The notes below the pieces were generated by a model, which worked only from the letters and a program-made list of their open reading frames with translations, had not been told where the DNA came from and searched no databases. The position numbers and the translations under genes are program-made. This document shows positions 58,799 to 64,000 of a stretch of 64,000 nucleotides of DNA, in pieces. Within the stretch, counting starts at the first letter, position 1. Each line of letters starts with the position of its first letter. The stretch is taken from the IMG/VR virus record IMGVR_UViG_3300042891_000711, positions 1 through 64,000 of that record, one strand, 5' to 3'.

Positions 58799-59002
58799 AT
58801 GAGCACACCTGTGTATATGGATATTGAACAAGCATATAGCATTGTACAGTGGGCAGGCGAAGCGTACGGACATCGCAATCTTTGGGGTGCATTAGATAGC
58901 ATGGAAAAGAATTGGGACGATCTAGACAAACAAGAGCGCACTGCCTATAACATGATTAAGAAAGACTTAATTGCAACTACTAGTACTGGCGCAGAAGGAT
59001 AG
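58799..59002 (+). CDS. hypothetical protein
   Basis: own TTGACA-17-TATAAT promoter. Confidence 0.7.
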   Translation: MSTPVYMDIEQAYSIVQWAGEAYGHRNLWGALDSMEKNWDDLDKQERTAYNMIKKDLIATTSTGAEG

Positions 59003-59006
59003 TTAA

Positions 59007-59399
59007 ATGAGTATGCACATGGAAAAAGCATATCTTACCACAACAGGTAAGAAGAAAGGCAAGGAAAAATTCCGTACTGCCGCACATGCACAAAGGGCTC
59101 GTATGAACGAAGAATCGTGGAAAGAATTACAAAAGCGTTGGGGCATCGAGCAAGAAGAAAAGAAACGCAATCGTGCGCTTAAGGCACCTGCTTACAAACC
59201 TTCAGAACCTTACCGTAGGGATACTGGCCCACGTATCGCTAGTTTAGAAACAACTGGACCAGGTGTTTGTACTCGTCCAGCAGATAAAGTCTATACTGGC
59301 ACAGCAATGATTGGCATTGGGCAACTACACAAGTCAAATGCTATTCCTGTATTCAGTCAAGAAGATGCTGTTGATATTAGTAAAATGCGGAGAGGGTAA
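59007..59399 (+). CDS. conserved hypothetical phage protein
   Basis: YTGTAMIGIGQLHKSNAIPVF..EDAVDISKMRR. Confidence 0.75.
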   Translation: MSMHMEKAYLTTTGKKKGKEKFRTAAHAQRARMNEESWKELQKRWGIEQEEKKRNRALKAPAYKPSEPYRRDTGPRIASLETTGPGVCTRPADKVYTGTAMIGIGQLHKSNAIPVFSQEDAVDISKMRRG

Positions 59400-59544
59400 T
59401 GACAGAAGATAAAGAATTAAAACTTGTCTGTCAGAGAAATGCAACAAGAATCGGTGACACTGAATATTATCGAGTAGAGCAAGCCCTTAATGAATTGTTT
59501 TATACAGTTAAAATCGTTAAATTTTGTTAAAAGATGGAAGTATA

Positions 59545-59727
59545 ATGAAAAAGTTTATTGGGTGTGTAGTAAGTCGAGTGTTGTATTGGTTAGGTGATTT
59601 AGTGAGTAAACCAATGGATAGGTTTGATTGGGCGTGGTTATACCCGTTATACAATCGTTTAATGATTAGTAGTTTACTAGTACAGGATTGGGCAAGGAAT
59701 ACTACACCGTGGTCTATAAACAAGTGA
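59545..59727 (+). CDS. hypothetical protein
   Basis: ORF from ATG 59545. Confidence 0.5.
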   Translation: MKKFIGCVVSRVLYWLGDLVSKPMDRFDWAWLYPLYNRLMISSLLVQDWARNTTPWSINK

Positions 59728-59951
59728 TGGGTTCTGGATACATTAATTATTGGGGTAGTATGTGGGACAGCAGTTGGGAATGGCAGTTAACATTTGCTTG
59801 GTTCCCGTGTAGTTTAGACAGCGGTCGTTGGATTTGGTTTAAAAAATATTATCACGGGGTCAGAGTAATACATGGTCCAGGTACCCCAGTTATCTTACAT
59901 CAGTATATGACACCAGAAGAGTTTACTTGGCATCAATTAATACAGTCTTAA
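59727..59951 (+). CDS. hypothetical protein
   Basis: FAWFP...RWIWFKKYY; TGATG coupling. Confidence 0.55.
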   Translation: MGSGYINYWGSMWDSSWEWQLTFAWFPCSLDSGRWIWFKKYYHGVRVIHGPGTPVILHQYMTPEEFTWHQLIQS

Positions 59952-60936
59952 GTTTATTGTGAAATTGTTGTTGCCAGTCAGTTTCGAACATAATCCGTTT
60001 ATTGTGCTCGACTATTTCACATATTTGTTCTAACACATCTGCCTGCGGTACAGTAGTTAAATATTCCATTTGTTTAAATGCTTGTTCAAATCTAGTAGTT
60101 GAATCTTCAATAGTATCATAAGTTTCATCAATAATACCATCAAATGTTTTAAATCCTAAACTGCGAAGATTACGCAGATAGTGTTGCCCGCTAAACACAA
60201 TAAACAATCTTTCTGCTAGTATAGGTTTAACAATCTTCTCAGTATAAAAACTATAATCATTGTCGAAGTTTGTTTCTGCCACAATGCTGTAGGCAGTTTG
60301 ATTATATATGCTGATAGGTACAATAGTACTAATGCTCATTTCGCTATTGTGATATTTAACTTTACCTATACTATGGGTAATCGAGTCAAGTGGAATCATA
60401 TCACTTTCCCAAATAAAATTATCATTGTTAGATAATTCTAAATGCGCAAATTTATAATAGGTCATCACGGATAATTTATCTATGCCTGATGTAATTGCTT
60501 TATTATGTATAAAATCTCTATGCAGTCTTCTGCAGCCTAATAATATATCAAATACTTTTTCTTTAGGCTTGAACGGAGTTAGTTGTGCTAGTGCATCGTG
60601 TTGTTGATAAAACAATCGAGTATTAGTAAACCAATCCATCCAAAGATCCGATTTAACACCACAGACAAATCCACAGGTGAAATATTTTATTTTATCAAAC
60701 TGATAACGCCGCATAAAATCAACAGTAGTTCGATGTAACTCCGATACTAATATAACAACGCAATCACAGTGGATTAATGCTTGACCTACATCAAGTTCAA
60801 AATCAGTATTATATGGAAATGGTACGTGGAATACTGCCTGTGTAGCAAGGGCAATATTGTCAGTTGGTGTGATGTTAAGACAATTTAAATGGTATCGGCA
60901 AACGTCTGAGTTTGTATAAACGCTTGCCGATATCAT
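59923..60936 (-). CDS. putative glycosyltransferase-like protein (GT10-like TEK motif)
   Basis: IVAETNFDNDYSFYTEKIVKPI...GFKTFDGIIDETYD; paralog of 31175-32296. Confidence 0.55.
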   Translation of the reverse strand: MISASVYTNSDVCRYHLNCLNITPTDNIALATQAVFHVPFPYNTDFELDVGQALIHCDCVVILVSELHRTTVDFMRRYQFDKIKYFTCGFVCGVKSDLWMDWFTNTRLFYQQHDALAQLTPFKPKEKVFDILLGCRRLHRDFIHNKAITSGIDKLSVMTYYKFAHLELSNNDNFIWESDMIPLDSITHSIGKVKYHNSEMSISTIVPISIYNQTAYSIVAETNFDNDYSFYTEKIVKPILAERLFIVFSGQHYLRNLRSLGFKTFDGIIDETYDTIEDSTTRFEQAFKQMEYLTTVPQADVLEQICEIVEHNKRIMFETDWQQQFHNKLKTVLIDAK

Positions 60937-60939
60937 GTA

Positions 60940-61209
60940 TTACTTAGCGGCTACTGGCGTTTTTGCCTTAGCTGCAGGTTTCTTTTTACCGTAATATGGT
61001 TTACGTTTCTTAGCTGGTGCAGCAGTTGTTTTAGCTGGCAATGGTGCTAATTTAACTTCAGCCACTGTGCCTGCACGTTGTCTTGTTGGTTTCGCTGGCG
61101 GAATATATATAGCAGTTGCTACTTCAGCCTTAGCTGGCGGTGTTAAAATTTCTTTAACAGTTTCTTGTGGTGCGCCAAAACCAAAAAGTTGTTTGATAAA
61201 ATTAATCAT
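60940..61209 (-). CDS. basic Ala/Lys/Pro-rich protein
   Basis: AGGAG SD, TAAATA upstream, histone-H1-like tail. Confidence 0.7.
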   Translation of the reverse strand: MINFIKQLFGFGAPQETVKEILTPPAKAEVATAIYIPPAKPTRQRAGTVAEVKLAPLPAKTTAAPAKKRKPYYGKKKPAAKAKTPVAAK

Positions 61210-61261
61210 GTAGTTCTCCTTGTACAGTATTTATTCATTATATACGCATAGATAAAATTTA

Positions 61262-61296
61262 TTTCGGTTGACATTTTGGTTAAATGACTGTATAAT
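61262..61296 (+). promoter_or_regulatory. early sigma70 promoter (conserved family)
   Basis: TTTCGG-TTGACA-TTTTGGTTAAATGACTG-TATAAT; leader nearly identical to the 28262 copy. Confidence 0.85.
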
Positions 61297-61328
61297 GTTA
61301 CACATACAATAACAAAACGGAGTACAAT

Positions 61329-61607
61329 ATGACTACAATTAAAACACAAGCTGATTTAGATTGGGAAATACAAGCATACGGTATGTCAGAAGCTTCGGTT
61401 AAGCATCTTGTAGAAACACAGGCTTTTCCAGGTACAGAGTTGATGTTTGCCGCTGGTATGTTAAGTGATGCACAACAAATTATGGATCCAGAGTGCAATG
61501 ATGAAGGTTGGGTAAGTCCAGAAACTGCCAACCGTGCTCGTCAATATATTAATGTTGCCAAGTATATTATGTTTAACTTGATGCGTGAAGAAAGAGAGGC
61601 TGCTTAA
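61329..61607 (+). CDS. hypothetical early protein
   Basis: GGAG SD behind an early promoter. Confidence 0.75.
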   Translation: MTTIKTQADLDWEIQAYGMSEASVKHLVETQAFPGTELMFAAGMLSDAQQIMDPECNDEGWVSPETANRARQYINVAKYIMFNLMREEREAA

Positions 61608-61804
61608 TGATAGATGGTCTTGAGCATGTGGGTGATGATCATAAGTGTAGTGTTTGCAGTTGTGAATTTACCGAAGATGAAGGCGGCATATTAGGATTCT
61701 TTGGTATGTTGCCTGTAGCATTTTGTCCGTTTTGTTTTAGTTCGATGTGTGATATGGTTAGTCAATTGTCAATTGATGAAGATCTTGAAGAGGAAGGTGA
61801 ATAA
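61607..61804 (+). CDS. small zinc-finger protein
   Basis: CSVC...CPFC. Confidence 0.7.
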   Translation: MIDGLEHVGDDHKCSVCSCEFTEDEGGILGFFGMLPVAFCPFCFSSMCDMVSQLSIDEDLEEEGE

Positions 61805-62232
61805 TGGGCTTAGACATGTATGCGTATGCCGCCGCTAGAGACGGACAACAAAAAGAATTTTGGGCCGGCGGTGAGTACGATCCAGATACTGGTGATTATA
61901 TCAATCCCAAGGTAGCCAAACCAATTGAAATTGCCTATTGGCGCAAACACCCTAACTTGCATGGTTGGATGGAAGAACTTTGGCGCAGTAAAGGTTCACC
62001 TGCAGATGACGATGATGACACAATGTTCAACGGTATCGAACTTGAACTAACATGGGAAGATATTGACATGTTAGAGGAAGATATCAATCAAGGTGCACTA
62101 CCTGGTACAAGTGGTTTCTTCTTTGGTGATCCGGCAGACGATTATTATCGTGAAGATGACTTAAAGTTCATTAAAGAAGCACGTAGTCAATTGTTCTTAG
62201 GCTTACGTGTATTTTATAATTCAAGTTGGTAA
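61804..62232 (+). CDS. conserved hypothetical phage protein
   Basis: MGLDMY...YWRKHPNLHGWM...GFFFG...YNSSW. Confidence 0.8.
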   Translation: MGLDMYAYAAARDGQQKEFWAGGEYDPDTGDYINPKVAKPIEIAYWRKHPNLHGWMEELWRSKGSPADDDDDTMFNGIELELTWEDIDMLEEDINQGALPGTSGFFFGDPADDYYREDDLKFIKEARSQLFLGLRVFYNSSW

Positions 62233-62242
62233 GGAGAATAGT

Positions 62243-62425
62243 ATGGATAAGGCAATTAAAGTAATTAAAGGTATTGGTGAAGTTGGTATTGATACTGAAG
62301 CAAGTCCGGGCAATGGTCCTTACTATGTTAAGCACTATCGTACAGGCTATGATGTCTGTGGTTTTGACAGTGTAGAAGAAGCACTAATGGAGTTAGAATT
62401 TGTCGAAGATGGGACATTGGCTTGA
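62243..62425 (+). CDS. hypothetical protein
   Basis: AAGGAG SD, ATG 62243. Confidence 0.65.
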   Translation: MDKAIKVIKGIGEVGIDTEASPGNGPYYVKHYRTGYDVCGFDSVEEALMELEFVEDGTLA

Positions 62426-62649
62426 TTAACCACACGCTACAATGGTTAGGCACAAGCTGTTTGATTGCTATGTATGTGATCATGAGTTTTTATCCTGAGC
62501 TATATCCTGTGAACATTATCCTTGGAGTCACCGGCGGCGTGTTTTATTTTGCCTGGAGTTTCCGTGTAGCTAACAAGCCGCAGATGTTGGTTAATGCCGC
62601 AGGTATATTAGTATGTTCAGCCGGATTAGTTAAATTATACTTTACCTAA
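62422..62649 (+). CDS. small three-TM membrane protein
   Basis: hydrophobic ORF; TTG start. Confidence 0.65.
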   Translation: MINHTLQWLGTSCLIAMYVIMSFYPELYPVNIILGVTGGVFYFAWSFRVANKPQMLVNAAGILVCSAGLVKLYFT

Positions 62650-62689
62650 CATTCGACTTAAATAAGTATATAATAAGGAAACAGCCACA

Positions 62690-62905
62690 TTGGCAAAAGA
62701 AGAAGTCTTAAAATTCAGTGGAGTAGTCGAAGAAGTACTAGGCAATTCCATGTTCAGAGTTAAATTAGAAAACAATCACACTGTAATAGCGTATATTGGC
62801 GGTAAACTGCGTAAGTTTACTATTAAAATTATTCTTGGTGATAAGGTTGATGTTGAAATGTCACCTTATGACTTATCTAAAGCACGAATCGTATATAGGA
62901 AATAA
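62690..62905 (+). CDS. infA: translation initiation factor IF-1
   Basis: AKEE...[18 protein letters not shown]...[21 protein letters not shown]. Confidence 0.96.
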   Translation: MAKEEVLKFSGVVEEVLGNSMFRVKLENNHTVIAYIGGKLRKFTIKIILGDKVDVEMSPYDLSKARIVYRK

Positions 62906-62906
62906 C

Positions 62907-63230
62907 ATGATTACATTACAACCAACTGCTATTGCAAAACTTAAAGAATTATTTGCTGAAGAAGATAATCCAAATATAAAACTACGTGTTTTTGTACAAG
63001 GTGGTGGATGCTCGGGTTTTCAATATGGATTTACCTTTGACGAAGAAGTTAACGAAGACGACTTTGATCTAGAGTTTGATGGTGTACGTTTACTAGTAGA
63101 CAGCATGAGTTCAAGTTACTTACAAGGTGCAGAAATTGAATATGTTGAAAGCATAAATGGCAGTTCTTTTAGTATTAAAAATCCACAGGCAACAACTACT
63201 TGTGGATGTGGTAGTAGTTTTTCAGTTTAA
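62907..63230 (+). CDS. erpA: A-type Fe-S cluster carrier ErpA/IscA
   Basis: [36 protein letters not shown]; start ATG 62907. Confidence 0.92.
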   Translation: MITLQPTAIAKLKELFAEEDNPNIKLRVFVQGGGCSGFQYGFTFDEEVNEDDFDLEFDGVRLLVDSMSSSYLQGAEIEYVESINGSSFSIKNPQATTTCGCGSSFSV

Positions 63231-63246
63231 CTAATTTTACCCAACA

Positions 63247-63270
63247 AGCCCGCCGAGTGCGGGTTTTTTA
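63247..63270 (+). terminator. intrinsic terminator
   Basis: AAGCCCGC-CGAGT-GCGGGTTT-TTT. Confidence 0.8.
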
Positions 63271-63338
63271 TTGACTAGACAAATTAAACAATAATAGTTT
63301 TAACATAAATACTTAAACAAGTATATTAGAGTGAAACT

Positions 63339-64000
63339 ATGACCATAACTACAGCACAATTTATTGCAATTAATACCGGACTTGTAGCAAATGACGGAAC
63401 CGGAGATGATTTACGCACAGCGTTTACTAAAGTAAATGATGCGTTTGCTAATATTGCAGATATTGGTTTCAATGCAGCAAATATCAGTGCCAGTGGTGCT
63501 ATCGAAGTAACCGGAAATGTAACTGCTGGAAATGTTAGTGCTACAAATTTATACGGTCTTATTCAGACCCCAACACAATCACAAATTACATCACTTGGCA
63601 CATTAACTGGTGCAAATATTAGTGGCGTCACACGTATTACAAATACTACTCAATCATTACAATTTAACAGCGGTGCATTAGTAATTGATGGTGGTGTTGG
63701 TATTGCTAAAGACGTATATATTCAAGGCAATTTGTATGTTGCTAATGCACTTGCAACTAGTGTAACAACCTTAGTATCGACTAGCCCGTTGGTATTTTTT
63801 GATACTGTTCCATCATATCCGTATAACTTTGACATTGGCTTCTTTGGAAGATTTACCGGTGGCGTTGGGAATTTAAGTCAGTTAACTGGCTTTGTGCGCA
63901 ATGATGCTGACGGTAAATGGAATTTATTTAGTAATGTAGCAAATGCTACAGTTACCACACAAATGTCATTGACCAATGCCAAATATGATACGTTAGTACT
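63339..64000 (+). CDS. baseplate/fibre structural protein, partial (runs off the window)
   Basis: INTGLVANDGTGDDLRTAFTKVN (T4 gp9/gp10-type N-terminus); SGALVIDGGVGIAKD; late promoter near 63304. Confidence 0.8.
   Translation, partial: MTITTAQFIAINTGLVANDGTGDDLRTAFTKVNDAFANIADIGFNAANISASGAIEVTGNVTAGNVSATNLYGLIQTPTQSQITSLGTLTGANISGVTRITNTTQSLQFNSGALVIDGGVGIAKDVYIQGNLYVANALATSVTTLVSTSPLVFFDTVPSYPYNFDIGFFGRFTGGVGNLSQLTGFVRNDADGKWNLFSNVANATVTTQMSLTNAKYDTLV

Overview
This is a 64-kb segment of an AT-rich large (jumbo-type) tailed phage genome, not a bacterial chromosome. Genes are densely packed and mostly on the + strand. There are T4-like late promoters (TATAAATA/TAAATA), a family of near-identical sigma70 early promoters, tail-fibre/baseplate-type proteins, an ATP-dependent ligase and free-standing HNH and GIY-YIG nucleases. 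Host-like genes include dnaK, hsp20, clpS, clpP, groES/EL, rpsU, infA, erpA, ahpC, uvsE, a DksA/TraR protein, a c551/cH-type cytochrome and an unannotated 23-aa pqqA. The pqqA and cytochrome point to a methylotrophic (Methylophilaceae-like) host, which is an inference. Highlights read directly from the sequence: (1) a CsgF-CsgG-curlin-FecR-PA14/curlin-beta-barrel operon, preceded by a stand-alone copy of the C-terminal tail of a nearby CHASE2 adenylate cyclase, a candidate phage trans-envelope cAMP signalling system; (2) auxiliary genes that appear wired to host stress sensors, namely a Pho-box array before a PlcP-like phosphoesterase plus phosphate porin (cassette bounded by a perfect 32-bp direct repeat), an OxyR-type site before ahpC, and ROSE-like RNA thermometers before dnaK and groES; (3) a circularly permuted two-piece tmRNA with a 28-codon tag; (4) a DGQH-domain/HNH gene pair; (5) a sugar-dehydrogenase/oxygenase/amidinotransferase cluster with dispersed radical SAM and GT10-like genes. 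All family calls come from motif recognition by eye; no database searches were run.
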